64,000 nt of DNA, taken from an uncultured Gemmatimonadales bacterium (lineage in GTDB: Bacteria > Gemmatimonadota > Gemmatimonadetes > Gemmatimonadales > GWC2-71-9). Positions within the stretch are counted from its first letter, which is position 1. Every line of letters begins with the position of its first letter. The DNA is taken from contig CAVZZO010000003.1 of NCBI GenBank assembly GCA_963779755.1, positions 1,632,001 through 1,696,000 of the forward strand. Reading direction: 5' to 3'. The position numbers and the translations under genes are program-made. Below are positions 1 through 9,439 of the stretch, piece after piece. Under the pieces are notes generated by a model, which was not told the DNA's origin, did no database searches, and saw only the letters and a program-made list of their open reading frames with translations.

Positions 1-664
1 TCGGCCCGTAGCCCTTCACGATGGGCGAGCCGAACAGCGTGCCCGAGAGCATTTCCAGCATGCGGGAGCCGGGGATGCCGCTCTTCTCGCCCAGGGCGAA
101 CGCTTCACCCAGCATTTCAATGGTGGCGGCAATCAGAAAGTTCCCCACCAGCTTGGCCAGCGACGCCTGCTCGGCGCTGTCCATCGGGAAGCTGCCCTGG
201 CCCAGCGCGGAAAACACCGGCTCGCACTGCGCCCGCAGCGATTGCTCGCCGCCGGGAACAATCCAGAGCTTCCGGGCGGCGGCGGCGTCGGGCCGGCCGA
301 ATACCGGCGCCGCCACGAAGCCCTGCTTCGCCGAGCGGTGCGCCTCCTCGAGAGTACGGGACTGGCGCACGGAAATCGTGCTCATGCCCAGGTGGATGCC
401 GCCCTCCCGCAGCCCTTCGATCAGGCCGTTGGCGCCGAAGGTGACTCCCCCCACGGCGGCGTCGTCGGCCAGCATGGTGATCGCGATATCCGCCCCGCGC
501 GCGGCCTCCGCCGGCGTCGCGGCCGGCTCCGCGCCTTCCATCTCCTGCGCCCGTCGCGCGGTACGGTTCCACACCCGGACGGGAAACCCGTCCTGGATCA
601 GATTCGAAGCCATGGCCCGGCCCATTCGCCCGAGACCGAGAAACGCAATGATGGGTTGGGACAT
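1..664 (-). CDS. NAD(P)-dependent oxidoreductase, 3-hydroxyisobutyrate/6-phosphogluconate dehydrogenase family (3' end runs off the window)
   Basis: Manual translation from ATG 664: MSQPIIAFLGLGRMGRAMASNL (GxGxMG Rossmann motif), then VWNRT, MSTIS, APVFGRPDAA, KLVGNFLIAA. Absent from the ORF track because it is truncated. Confidence 0.9.
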   Translation of the reverse strand, partial: MSQPIIAFLGLGRMGRAMASNLIQDGFPVRVWNRTARRAQEMEGAEPAATPAEAARGADIAITMLADDAAVGGVTFGANGLIEGLREGGIHLGMSTISVRQSRTLEEAHRSAKQGFVAAPVFGRPDAAAARKLWIVPGGEQSLRAQCEPVFSALGQGSFPMDSAEQASLAKLVGNFLIAATIEMLGEAFALGEKSGIPGSRMLEMLSGTLFGSPIVKGYGP

Positions 665-737
665 GATGCGTGCCCTCGAAGCTGCAAGTCTTATCAGGGA
701 TGCGCAGGTCGCCGGTCGTAATCCGGCCCTGGCCATT

Positions 738-890
738 CCGTCCTGCCGCCTTGCCGTCCTGCCGTCTTGCGACCGAGCGGCCTCCAATAAGAGCCGCGAG
801 GAAGTCCTTTAGGGCCGTCCTGCCGTCCTGCGACCGAGCGGCCTCCAATAAGAGCCGCGAGGAAGTCCTTTAGGGCCGTCTTGCCGTCCT
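738..890. repeat. Two tandem 61-bp units (GCGACCGAGCGGCCTCCAATAAGAGCCGCGAGGAAGTCCTTTAGGGCCGTC...) embedded in GCCGTCYT octamer arrays
   Basis: Units start at 769 and 830. The same unit occurs inverted, twice, at 19170-19327. Confidence 0.9.
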
Positions 891-892
891 CA

Positions 893-965
893 CTGGGGCG
901 GCTGGAGTCGAACCAGCAACCTCCCGGTTAACAGCCGGGCGCTCTGCCAATTGAGCTACACCCCA
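893..965 (-). tRNA. tRNA-Asn (GTT)
   Basis: Reverse complement reads TGGGGTGTAGCTCAATTGGCAGAGCG-CCCGG CTGTTAA CCGGG-AGGTTGCTGGTTCGACTCCAGC-CGCCCCA-G. Cloverleaf, anticodon GTT, CCA not encoded. Confidence 0.97.
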
Positions 966-1172
966 CGGAATAGCCGTCAGGAGGAATGTAACAGCGGGAT
1001 CGTATGCACCGGGCTCAGGCGGGGGAGGTGGAGCCACGTGCCTGGGCGCGGAACCACGCCATGACGGCGGCGCGGCTGCGGCGGCTCACGGGGATCGCAA
1101 CGCCGGATTGAAGGACCAGCCTGCCTCCCCCGCCCGCGCGGACAGCGGGGAGATGCGATTAGTGTTTCAGGC

Positions 1173-1817
1173 ATGGCAGGCATCTCCTCCAGCAGCTCGC
1201 CGCCGGCGGTCTGGGCGCTGGTACTCGCCGCGGGAACCGGCAGCCGCTTCGGCGGCGGCAAGCTGCTCGCCCCCTACCGGGGAACGCCGCTGCTCCAGCC
1301 GGTCCTGGAGGTCGTCCGGTCCGCCGTCCGGAGTGGCGCGCTGGCAGGGGGCGCCGCGGTGCTCCCGGCGGGCAATGAAGCGCTCGCGCGGCTGGTCCGG
1401 GGCGTTGCCCTCGATCCGGTCACGAGCGACGATCCCGGCGCCGGTCTGGCCGGTTCCCTGCGGTCGGGCCTGGCCCATCTGGCCCGGCGCGCCGGCCCGC
1501 GCGACGCGGCGCTCATTTTCCTGGGAGACCAGCCCGGGGTACGCGAGACCGTGGTTGCCACCCTGGTAGCGGCGTTCCGGCACGACCCCGATCCGGTACG
1601 GCGTCCCCGCTACCGCCAGGAACCGGATATCCCGGGACACCCGGTCCTCATTCCGCGCCGGTACTGGCACCTGGCCGGTGCTCTGGAAGGCGACCGGGGC
1701 TTCGGCGCGCTCCTGCAGGATCGCGCCGTGCCCGTCCACCCGATCGACGTGCCCGGCCGAAACCCCGGCGTCAACCTGCCCGGCGATCTCGCCCGCCTGG
1801 AATCCGAGCCGCGGTGA
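1173..1817 (+). CDS. mocA: Molybdenum cofactor cytidylyltransferase-like nucleotidyltransferase (MocA/MobA family)
   Basis: LAAGTGSRFGGGKLL, LGDQP, GHPV and GDRG motifs; next to coxG, with xdhC nearby. Confidence 0.85.
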   Translation: MAGISSSSSPPAVWALVLAAGTGSRFGGGKLLAPYRGTPLLQPVLEVVRSAVRSGALAGGAAVLPAGNEALARLVRGVALDPVTSDDPGAGLAGSLRSGLAHLARRAGPRDAALIFLGDQPGVRETVVATLVAAFRHDPDPVRRPRYRQEPDIPGHPVLIPRRYWHLAGALEGDRGFGALLQDRAVPVHPIDVPGRNPGVNLPGDLARLESEPR

Positions 1818-2806
1818 GGCTCACATTCTCCGGCGCGCCCGAAGTCGCCGCGCCCCTGGATCATGTCTGGCGCAAGGTGCTCGACCCCCGCGCGGTCGCG
1901 GCCGCGGGGCCCGGGGTCGAATCGGTGCGCGTCCTCACCCCGGAGCGGTTCCGGGTCATCACCGGCTTCGGCCTGGGCGGTCTGCGTTTCCGCTTCGGAC
2001 TGGACGTCCGGCTGTTCGATATCATCCATCCGACGGAAGTGAAGCTGCGCGCCAGCGGCCACGCACCCGGTTCAGGCCTGGACGTGCTCGCCGCCATCCG
2101 GCTGGAGTCGCTGGGCGCCGCCCGTACCCGGCTGCACTGGGCCGCGGAGTGCGGCGTGAGCGGCATGCTGGGCCGGATCGGCGCCCGGATGATGGAGCCC
2201 ACCGCCCGCCGGCTGACCGGCGAGTTCTGGGACCGGTTCGTGGAGTCCATCGGCATCGTGATGCCGCCCCTGGCCGACCGCCGCACGGCCCAGTGGACAC
2301 CGGCCCGGCTCGCCTCGCCCGCCGCCGCCTCGCTGGCGGGCGCCCTCCTGCTGGACGACGCCCTGCTGCCGCAGGGCGTGATCCCGCTGGGCACGATGCT
2401 CGATGCGTCGCAGGTGGCCGCCATCAGCCGGGCGGCGCGGCAGGGCACGCTCGCCGCCCGGCTGCGGTTCGTCTGGCCTGCTCCGGGCGATATCCCCGGT
2501 AACGACGCCGCCGCGCGGCTGGCCGGCCGCTTCGGGCCGGGGCTCACGGTTTCGCCTCCGGCGTACAGCCGTGTCCGCATCCATGCCCCTCAGGCGGGAC
2601 GGTTCGCGGTTGCCCGCGAGATCGTCACCCGGCTCAATCAGCATGACCTGCTCGATATTCAGCTCGTGCGCAGCGAAGGGCCGGTGGGTGCGGGGGCGCT
2701 GCTGGCCGAACTGGGCTGTCCCTATCACCTGATGCCGGCGGCGGAGCTGGAGCGGATGGAGCAGTGGGCCCCCGCGACGCCACCGGTGCTCCGGCTGGAA
2801 TCCTGA
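1814..2806 (+). CDS. CoxG/SRPBCC domain fused to the N-terminal part of a molybdopterin-binding protein
   Basis: The first ~145 aa are CoxG-like (VAAPLDHVW..LDP..PGVESV..GMLGRIGARMM). The C-terminal part (GDIPGNDAAARLA..RVRIHAPQAG..LNQ) resembles MoCo-accessory proteins. GTGA overlap with mocA. Confidence 0.7.
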   Translation: MRLTFSGAPEVAAPLDHVWRKVLDPRAVAAAGPGVESVRVLTPERFRVITGFGLGGLRFRFGLDVRLFDIIHPTEVKLRASGHAPGSGLDVLAAIRLESLGAARTRLHWAAECGVSGMLGRIGARMMEPTARRLTGEFWDRFVESIGIVMPPLADRRTAQWTPARLASPAAASLAGALLLDDALLPQGVIPLGTMLDASQVAAISRAARQGTLAARLRFVWPAPGDIPGNDAAARLAGRFGPGLTVSPPAYSRVRIHAPQAGRFAVAREIVTRLNQHDLLDIQLVRSEGPVGAGALLAELGCPYHLMPAAELERMEQWAPATPPVLRLES

Positions 2807-2813
2807 CCCGCCG

Positions 2814-3611
2814 GTGAGCGATCATCGCATCCGCAGCAACGGCGTCTCCCTGGCCGTGCGAGATGAGGGCACCGGCGTGCCGCTCCTCCTGCTGCACGGC
2901 ATGTGGTGCCGCGGGAGCATGTTCGATCGGCTGCTGCCGCACCTCCGCGGCTACCGCATCATCATTCCCGATCTCCGCGCCCACGGCGACAGCGACGTGC
3001 CCCGCGCCGGCTGGAGCCTTCGCGACCTCGCCCGCGACTGCCGCACCATCCTGGAGACGCTGGAAACCGGACCGGCCCTGGTGGCGGGCTTCAGCATGGG
3101 GGGCATGGCCGCGCTCCACCTGGCCCTCAAGTCTCCCGGGCTGGTGCGCGGCCTGGTGCTGCTCGGCACCTCCGCCGAAGGCGAGAACGCGCTCCGCAAG
3201 GCGGAGATGATTTCCCTCATCGGCCTGATCCGGCTGGGACTGCCCCGCAGCCGGGTGGGAACCGAGGCCGCGCGCTGGATGTTCAGCCGGGCGTTCCGGG
3301 AGGACCATCCCGACGTGGCGCACGCCTGGTCGAAGGACGTCGCCGCCATGCCGCGGAAGGCACTGACGCAGGCGCTGGAAGCGGTGGGGCGGCGTCCCTC
3401 GCTCACCCGCCGGCTCGCCCGGCTGACCCTGCCGGCGAGCGTCGGCGCGGGCGACAAGGACGTCGTGCTGACTCCCCGCCACTCGAAACGCCTCGTCCGG
3501 GTGCTCCCCGGCGCCACCCTGCGCATCCTGCCGGGAGTGGGGCACGCCCTCCCGATCGAGGCGCCGGAGGCGGTCGCCGGGATGATAGGCGAGCTGCCAG
3601 CCCTGCCCTAG
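2814..3611 (+). CDS. Alpha/beta fold hydrolase (enol-lactonase/esterase-like)
   Basis: LLLHG oxyanion loop, PDLRAHG, GFSMGG nucleophile elbow, D(V) acid residue and GH catalytic His. Confidence 0.9.
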   Translation: MSDHRIRSNGVSLAVRDEGTGVPLLLLHGMWCRGSMFDRLLPHLRGYRIIIPDLRAHGDSDVPRAGWSLRDLARDCRTILETLETGPALVAGFSMGGMAALHLALKSPGLVRGLVLLGTSAEGENALRKAEMISLIGLIRLGLPRSRVGTEAARWMFSRAFREDHPDVAHAWSKDVAAMPRKALTQALEAVGRRPSLTRRLARLTLPASVGAGDKDVVLTPRHSKRLVRVLPGATLRILPGVGHALPIEAPEAVAGMIGELPALP

Positions 3612-3715
3612 GCCCGCGGGCCTGCCCTTCATGAAGAATCCTTCCCTCCATCTTCGTGAAGATTCTAGGGGCACCCGCCTAGCATGCAGGCACGTTCCCG
3701 GCCCAGCGACGTGTC

Positions 3716-5257
3716 ATGCGGATTCCCAGCCTGCTCCTGCGACAACTGTACACCTTCGGCTCCCTGGCGAATGAGGGGGAGGGGTTTCATTTCAGCCTGA
3801 AGAACCGGCTGCGCGACGTGACGCTGACGCGGGTTCGGAGTCTGCGCGTGGACGGGCTGGACATCCCCCTGGACGATCTGGTTATCGATCTGGGCGACGG
3901 GCACACACTGCGCGCGACGGAGATCTCCCCGCAGCGGCCCCAGGCCTTTCCGCTGCGCCAGGGGGCGCGGCTCCGCAGCGCCAGGGGCCTCCTGCCGCAG
4001 GGGCCGCACGAGATCCGCATCACCTTCGAGACGCTGCCGTTCGGGTCCATGGAGATCGCGGTCAAGGACGTGATCGCCGAGTGCGCCACGCACCACTCCG
4101 CGCTGCCCTGCGACAAACAGCACAACGCCACGCCGGCCATCATCCGCCAGCGGCAGCGCTTTGTGGAAGAGTACAGCGGAGTCGCGCTGCAGCACCTGAC
4201 CCGGTACTCCTTCGATCCCGGCATCACCCACGGCAACATCGAGAACTTCACCGGCGTGGCCCAGGTGCCGCTCGGCTTCGCCGGCCCCATTCGCATCAAC
4301 GGCGAGCACGCACAGGGCGACTTCCTCATACCTCTGGCCACCAGCGAAGGGACGCTGGTCGCCTCCTACAACCGGGGGATCAAGGTCATCAATCTCTGCG
4401 GCGGCGTCACCTGCACGGTCACCGACGACTGCATGCAGCGGGCACCGGTCTTCATCTTCGATTCGGCCCGCGAGGCGCGCGATTTCCGCGACTGGATCAA
4501 CGAGCACATGGAGGACATCCGCCGGGAATCGGAAGCGACCTCCCATGTGGCGAAGCTGCTCTACATCGACGTCTACCTGTCCAACAAGTTCGCCTACCTC
4601 CGGTTCAATTTCTCCACCGGCGACGCGGCGGGCCAGAACATGGTGGGCCGCGCGACCTTCGCCGCCTGCAGCTGGATCCTGGAAAACGCGGCCGGCGTCC
4701 GGCGGTTCTATCTGGAGTCCAACCTCGCCACCGACAAGAAGGCCTCGCACGTCAACCTGCTGCGCACCCGGGGGAAGCGCGTCACCGCCGAGGTGGTGGT
4801 GCCCCGCCGGTTGCTGCTGGAGCATCTGCGGGTGGAACCGGAGAGCCTGACCTATCATGGCGGGGTCGCCAATGTCGGCGCCTTTCTGTCCGGCGCCCAC
4901 AACAACGGGCTGCACTCGGCCAACGCCATTACCGCGATGTTCATCGCCACCGGCCAGGACGTGGCCAACGTGGCCGAAGCCTCCAGCGGGATCATCTACA
5001 GCGAACTCACTCCCGCCGGCGACCTGTATCTCTCCATGACGCTGCCCTCGCTCATCGTCGCCACCCATGGCGGCGGCACCGGCCTCGCCACGCAGCAGGA
5101 ATGCCTGGCGATTCTCGGCTGCACCGGCAAGGGCACGGCGAAAAAGCTGGCCGAGATCATCGCCGGTGTGGTGCTGGCGGGCGAGCTGTCGCTGGCCGGG
5201 GCCATCTCCTCCCTGGAATGGGTGTCCGCCCACGAGGAATACGGGCGGAACCGCTGA
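3716..5257 (+). CDS. hmgA: Class I (NADPH) HMG-CoA reductase with an extra ~120-aa N-terminal domain
   Basis: ENFTG..VPLG, PLATSEGTLVAS, TGDAAGQNM, NLATDKK, ATGQDVAN, HGGGT and the C-terminal catalytic His (SAHEEY). Confidence 0.92.
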   Translation: MRIPSLLLRQLYTFGSLANEGEGFHFSLKNRLRDVTLTRVRSLRVDGLDIPLDDLVIDLGDGHTLRATEISPQRPQAFPLRQGARLRSARGLLPQGPHEIRITFETLPFGSMEIAVKDVIAECATHHSALPCDKQHNATPAIIRQRQRFVEEYSGVALQHLTRYSFDPGITHGNIENFTGVAQVPLGFAGPIRINGEHAQGDFLIPLATSEGTLVASYNRGIKVINLCGGVTCTVTDDCMQRAPVFIFDSAREARDFRDWINEHMEDIRRESEATSHVAKLLYIDVYLSNKFAYLRFNFSTGDAAGQNMVGRATFAACSWILENAAGVRRFYLESNLATDKKASHVNLLRTRGKRVTAEVVVPRRLLLEHLRVEPESLTYHGGVANVGAFLSGAHNNGLHSANAITAMFIATGQDVANVAEASSGIIYSELTPAGDLYLSMTLPSLIVATHGGGTGLATQQECLAILGCTGKGTAKKLAEIIAGVVLAGELSLAGAISSLEWVSAHEEYGRNR

Positions 5258-5259
5258 CC

Positions 5260-6948
5260 ATGGCTTCGCCCCTGCCCACCGTTTCCGCCGGATCTCCCGC
5301 GCCCGACGCGCCACCGGCCTTCGAGCTGGCTGCCGTGGGGCCGCCGCCCGGGATCATCCGCCGGATCTTCGTCACCAACCGGCATCTGGCGGGGCTGGTA
5401 GCCGGCGCGCTGGTGGCGCATGTGGATTCCGGCCGGCAGAACGGGGCGCGGGGGCCGCGCTTTCGCATCCAGCAGGCGCTGGCCCTGGTGGTACGGCCGC
5501 TCCTCGACCCGCAGCTGCGCGACGCGCCCTTCCCGGTACAGCTGCGGCGGCGGCTGGAGCGGCTGGGACCGACCTACATCAAGCTGGGGCAGATCCTGAG
5601 CCTGCGCGAAGACATCCTGCCACGGCCGGTCACCGACGAGCTCAAGAACCTGCTGAACCGCCTGCCGGTGGTGCCGCTGCCCGTCTTCCTCGCCCAGGTG
5701 GAGAAGGATCTGAAGCGCCCCACCGAGCAGATGTTCTCCTGGATCGATCCCGAGCCGCTGGGTTCCGCGTCGATTGCGCAGGCCCACCGCGCGCGCACGC
5801 TGGCGGGCGACGACGTCATCCTCAAGGTCGTGAAGCCGGGCATCAAGGAAACGCTCAAGCGCGACGCCCGGCTGCTGGGCATCGCCGGGGCGGTGCTGCA
5901 GATCTTCTTTCCCCGCTACCAGCCGCGGCGGATCATCCGCGAGTTCACCACCTACACCCTGCGTGAGGTGAACCTCCGCCGGGAAGCGGACAATGCCGAG
6001 ACCTTCGCCGGCAACTTCCGCGATATGCCGGATGTGGTCTTCCCCACGATCTACCGGGAGTACAGCGGGCCCAGCGTTCTCTGCATGGAGTTCCTGGACG
6101 GCTTGCGCCCGGACACTCCGGCCGCGCAGGCGCTCCCGGAGGAGCAGCGGGAGCGCCTGGTGGATCTGGGCGCCGCGTCCATCATCCGCATGATCTACCA
6201 GGACGGATTCTTCCATGCCGACCTGCACCCGGGCAACCTGGTGGTCCTGCCGGACGCCCAGGTGGGCTTCATCGACCTGGGCATGGTGGGCCGCCTCGAC
6301 GACGAGCTCCGCCGCACCCTGCTCTACTACTACTACTCGCTGGTGATGGGGGACGCGGAGAACGCGGCCCGCTACCTCGCGGCCATCGCCGAGCCGGGCC
6401 GCGGCGGCGACCCGGGCGGCTTCCGCCGCGAGGTCACGGAAATCTCCCGCCGCTGGAAACGGGCCGCGAGCTTCGATTCCTTCTCGCTGGGCCAACTGGT
6501 GCTCGAGTCGGTGACCCGCGGCGCCGAGTTCGGGATGTACTTCCCGGTGGAGATGGTGCTGATGGTGAAGGCGCTCATCACCTTCGAAGGGGTGGGCAAC
6601 GTGCTGCTGCCGGGCTTCGACGTGGCCGAAGTCTCCCGCCGCCACGTGCGCCGGGTCTTCCTCCACCAGTTCAGCCCGGTGCGCTTCCTCCAGGAAGGGC
6701 TCCGCGGCGCTCCCGACCTGGTGGACGCCATGGTCAAGATGCCGCTGCTGGTGACGGAGGGGCTGCGGGTGCTGGAGAAGACCACCCGCCGCCGGCCCGA
6801 GAGCCCGCTGGCCGGCATCCGGGGCACGCTGCTGGCCGGTTTCTGCCTGGTGGCGGGTTCCATCGTGATGGTCTACCACGGCCCCTGGCCGCTCTGGGCC
6901 GCGCTGTTCGCGGCTTCCCTTCCCCTCGCCTTCCATCGCAATGGCTGA
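5260..6948 (+). CDS. ABC1/AarF/UbiB family atypical kinase
   Basis: Start reassigned to ATG 5260. LGPTYIKLGQILS, PLGSASIAQAH, FFHADLHPGN, IDLGMVG and a C-terminal hydrophobic segment. Confidence 0.93.
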   Translation: MASPLPTVSAGSPAPDAPPAFELAAVGPPPGIIRRIFVTNRHLAGLVAGALVAHVDSGRQNGARGPRFRIQQALALVVRPLLDPQLRDAPFPVQLRRRLERLGPTYIKLGQILSLREDILPRPVTDELKNLLNRLPVVPLPVFLAQVEKDLKRPTEQMFSWIDPEPLGSASIAQAHRARTLAGDDVILKVVKPGIKETLKRDARLLGIAGAVLQIFFPRYQPRRIIREFTTYTLREVNLRREADNAETFAGNFRDMPDVVFPTIYREYSGPSVLCMEFLDGLRPDTPAAQALPEEQRERLVDLGAASIIRMIYQDGFFHADLHPGNLVVLPDAQVGFIDLGMVGRLDDELRRTLLYYYYSLVMGDAENAARYLAAIAEPGRGGDPGGFRREVTEISRRWKRAASFDSFSLGQLVLESVTRGAEFGMYFPVEMVLMVKALITFEGVGNVLLPGFDVAEVSRRHVRRVFLHQFSPVRFLQEGLRGAPDLVDAMVKMPLLVTEGLRVLEKTTRRRPESPLAGIRGTLLAGFCLVAGSIVMVYHGPWPLWAALFAASLPLAFHRNG

Positions 6949-8152
6949 GCCGGCCACTCTCCCCGCGCCGCCGCCGGCGACCCCGACGCCGCGGGAATGG
7001 GAGCCGTTCGACCCCGGCTTCTGCCGGGACTTCGTGAAACGCGCGGTGGCCCCGGCGTCCGATCACTGGTTCCGGCCGCAGCTCCTGGGAGCGCAGCGCA
7101 TTCCCCGCCATGGGCCGGTGATCCTGGCCGCCAACCACAGCGGCACCGCGTTTCCCTATGACGGGATGATCCTGGATGCGTATCTCTGGCGGCTGGACGG
7201 ACTCAGGGCGGGCGCCAAGTTCCGGACCGTCTACGAGAAGGAGCTCTCGTTCCGCTGGTGGATGCGGCCCTTCGGCCTGGACAACTTCTGGCGCCGGGGC
7301 GGCGGGGTCGACATGACGTTCGACAATTTCGACCGTCTCCTCGCCCGCGGCGACCGGGTCATCTACTTCCCCGAAGGGGTTCCCGGTATCGGGAAGGGAT
7401 TCCAGAACCGTTACCGGCTGCAGCGGTTCAGCACCAGCTTCGTGCTGCTGGCCGCGCGGCACGGCGTGCCGGTGATTCCGCTCTATATCCTGAACGCCGA
7501 ATGGGTGATGCCGTATCACTTCACCCTGAAGCCGCTCGACCGGCTGATGCAGCGGGTTTTCCACGTCCCCTTCCTGCCGCTGCCGGCCGGCATCCTGGCG
7601 ATCATCTTTCCCTGGATGTGGTATCTGGCGCTGCCGGCCCACATGATCTTCGTGGCGGGGAAAACGCTCGACATGGCCCCGCTGCTCGCCTCCGAGGGGG
7701 TGACCGACCTCGACCGGCCCGATCGCGCCGCGCTGCAGCATGTGGCCATGAAAGTGCGCCACGCCATGCAGGCGGAGCTGGACCAGCTGGTCCAGCTGCA
7801 CGGCCGGCGGCCCTACCGGCTGCGGATGCTGCTGCGCGAGCTCTGGCGGGCCCGCCGCCGGCTGGGGGCCATCCTCCCCATTGCGTGGCCGGCGACCTTC
7901 CTGCGCTCCGAGCGCGACCGGCTCCGGCCCCCGGCCCGGAACCGGCTGCATGCCCTGCTGCGCGACTGGGATCTGATCGGGTTCTACCTGCCGCTCGGCT
8001 GGCCCCTGCTCTCCATCTTCCGGGCCCTGCGCCGGCCGCCGTACGGCTATCGCGGCATGAGCCGGGAAGAGGCCCGGCGCAAGCGGGGAGAATTCATCTG
8101 GCGGCTCGCCGAGAGGCCGCTGCCGGACAGAGAGAAATGGACTGAGGACTGA
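6941..8152 (+). CDS. PlsC/DGAT2-like acyltransferase
   Basis: ILAANHSG..YD (NHx4-7D) and YFPEG motifs; FVLLAARHGVPVIP. Confidence 0.85.
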   Translation: MAEPATLPAPPPATPTPREWEPFDPGFCRDFVKRAVAPASDHWFRPQLLGAQRIPRHGPVILAANHSGTAFPYDGMILDAYLWRLDGLRAGAKFRTVYEKELSFRWWMRPFGLDNFWRRGGGVDMTFDNFDRLLARGDRVIYFPEGVPGIGKGFQNRYRLQRFSTSFVLLAARHGVPVIPLYILNAEWVMPYHFTLKPLDRLMQRVFHVPFLPLPAGILAIIFPWMWYLALPAHMIFVAGKTLDMAPLLASEGVTDLDRPDRAALQHVAMKVRHAMQAELDQLVQLHGRRPYRLRMLLRELWRARRRLGAILPIAWPATFLRSERDRLRPPARNRLHALLRDWDLIGFYLPLGWPLLSIFRALRRPPYGYRGMSREEARRKRGEFIWRLAERPLPDREKWTED

Positions 8153-8170
8153 GGACTGAGGACTGAGGAC
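8138..8170 (+). repeat. (GAGGACT)n heptamer array overlapping the acyltransferase stop codon
   Basis: ggactgaggactgaggactgaggactgaggac. Confidence 0.9.
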
Positions 8171-8230
8171 GCCAAGCTCAGTGTCACCCTGAGGGAGCGC
8201 AGCGACCGAAGGGGCCGAAACCCGGGGCCC

Positions 8231-9424
8231 TCAGTCCTTTTCTCTCAGTCCTTTTTCCACCGAAGCCAGCGCCCGCTCCAGTCTCCGCGTCACCGGCAGC
8301 GGCCGGCCCGACCGCGTGAGCCCCACCTCCGCCCACAAGTCGCGTTTCCGGTCGCGCAGGACGTCCAGCCGGAGGCTGACGCCGTGGCGGGCCAGCTGCG
8401 GGGCCAGCTCGCTGCGCCGGCGCCAGAGGTCGCGCCGGGTAGCCTCATAGGCCAGCTCGCAGACCCGGCGGCGGGATGAGAAGCTGAACACGTTGGTGAA
8501 GAACATCTGATACTCGTCCGGCTCCGGCTCGAAGAGCAGCACATCGGCATGCGGGTAGCGTGTTTCGTAGGCCGCCATGCCCACCTCTAGCCGCGAGTGG
8601 ATCAGGGTCCGGAAGGTCTGGGAGAAGACGGTGGGGAATCCCCGCTCCACCAGGGCGCCGTGCGGCAGCCCGGGCCCTTCGACATCATCCCGGGTATCGG
8701 CCGGCACCAGCGGATTGACGCAGAACAGCAGGTCGGCCCCTTCATCCAGGGCCACCGACGCGTGCAGCGTCTTCAGGAGCACCCCGTCGACGCAGTAACG
8801 TCCATTCACCTCCACCGGCGGATAGACGCCGGGGACCGCGGTGCTGGCCTGCACCGCCACCGAGATGGGCACCCCGTCCCAGCCCCGGTGGCCGAACCGC
8901 ACCGGCCGCCCCGATTCCAGATCGGAGGCGATGACGATGAGCCGGGAATCCAGCCGGCGAAAATCGTCCGTGCGCCCCTTGAGGCTGAAGGTGCGGGCCA
9001 GATACTCCCGAATGGGGTCGTTATTGAAGATGCCCACCGGCAGCGCCCGGGCCAGGCGGGTGAGCGATTCGACTATGCGCTGGTCGCGCGGGTTGCGGAC
9101 ATAGCTCCATAGCGCCTCGGCCAGGAGCCGGGGCAGCATGCCGCCCCGCCGGAGCAGTTCACCGTAGGCCGGCGTGAAGAACCGGACCGGATCGAACGGG
9201 TGCTCACCGGGATCGTGCTTGACCATGGCACGGACCAGCTGCGCCGGGGTCAGGCCGTTGGCCAGGAGCGCCGCAATGAACGACCCGGCGCTGACGCCCA
9301 CGTACACCGGCAGGCGATGAAAATCGACCCCATCCAGCGCCTCCTGGAGCGCCCACAGGGCGCCGATCTCGTACACGGCGCCCTCTGGACCCCCGCCCGC
9401 CAGCGCCAGGCCTATCCGGGACAT
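8231..9424 (-). CDS. Patatin-like phospholipase/esterase
   Basis: LALAGGGPEG Gly-rich loop, GVSAG nucleophile and DGV catalytic Asp. Confidence 0.9.
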   Translation of the reverse strand: MSRIGLALAGGGPEGAVYEIGALWALQEALDGVDFHRLPVYVGVSAGSFIAALLANGLTPAQLVRAMVKHDPGEHPFDPVRFFTPAYGELLRRGGMLPRLLAEALWSYVRNPRDQRIVESLTRLARALPVGIFNNDPIREYLARTFSLKGRTDDFRRLDSRLIVIASDLESGRPVRFGHRGWDGVPISVAVQASTAVPGVYPPVEVNGRYCVDGVLLKTLHASVALDEGADLLFCVNPLVPADTRDDVEGPGLPHGALVERGFPTVFSQTFRTLIHSRLEVGMAAYETRYPHADVLLFEPEPDEYQMFFTNVFSFSSRRRVCELAYEATRRDLWRRRSELAPQLARHGVSLRLDVLRDRKRDLWAEVGLTRSGRPLPVTRRLERALASVEKGLREKD

Positions 9425-9439
9425 GGCGCCTCCACCGCG

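Noticed and set aside
738..890. Possible CRISPR array (also at 19170-19327 and 56568-57091)
   Set aside because: The repeats are contiguous or separated only by octamer repeats, with no unique spacers and no cas genes.
4081..5259. 955-aa ORF implying a long N-terminal extension of the ABC1 kinase
   Set aside because: The upstream part is an off-frame read-through of hmgA; the real start is ATG 5260, just after the hmgA stop.
8181..8230. GTCACCCTGAG..CGAAGGG REP-like palindrome
   Set aside because: Only one copy is visible in the window, so it cannot be established as a repeat family from this sequence alone.
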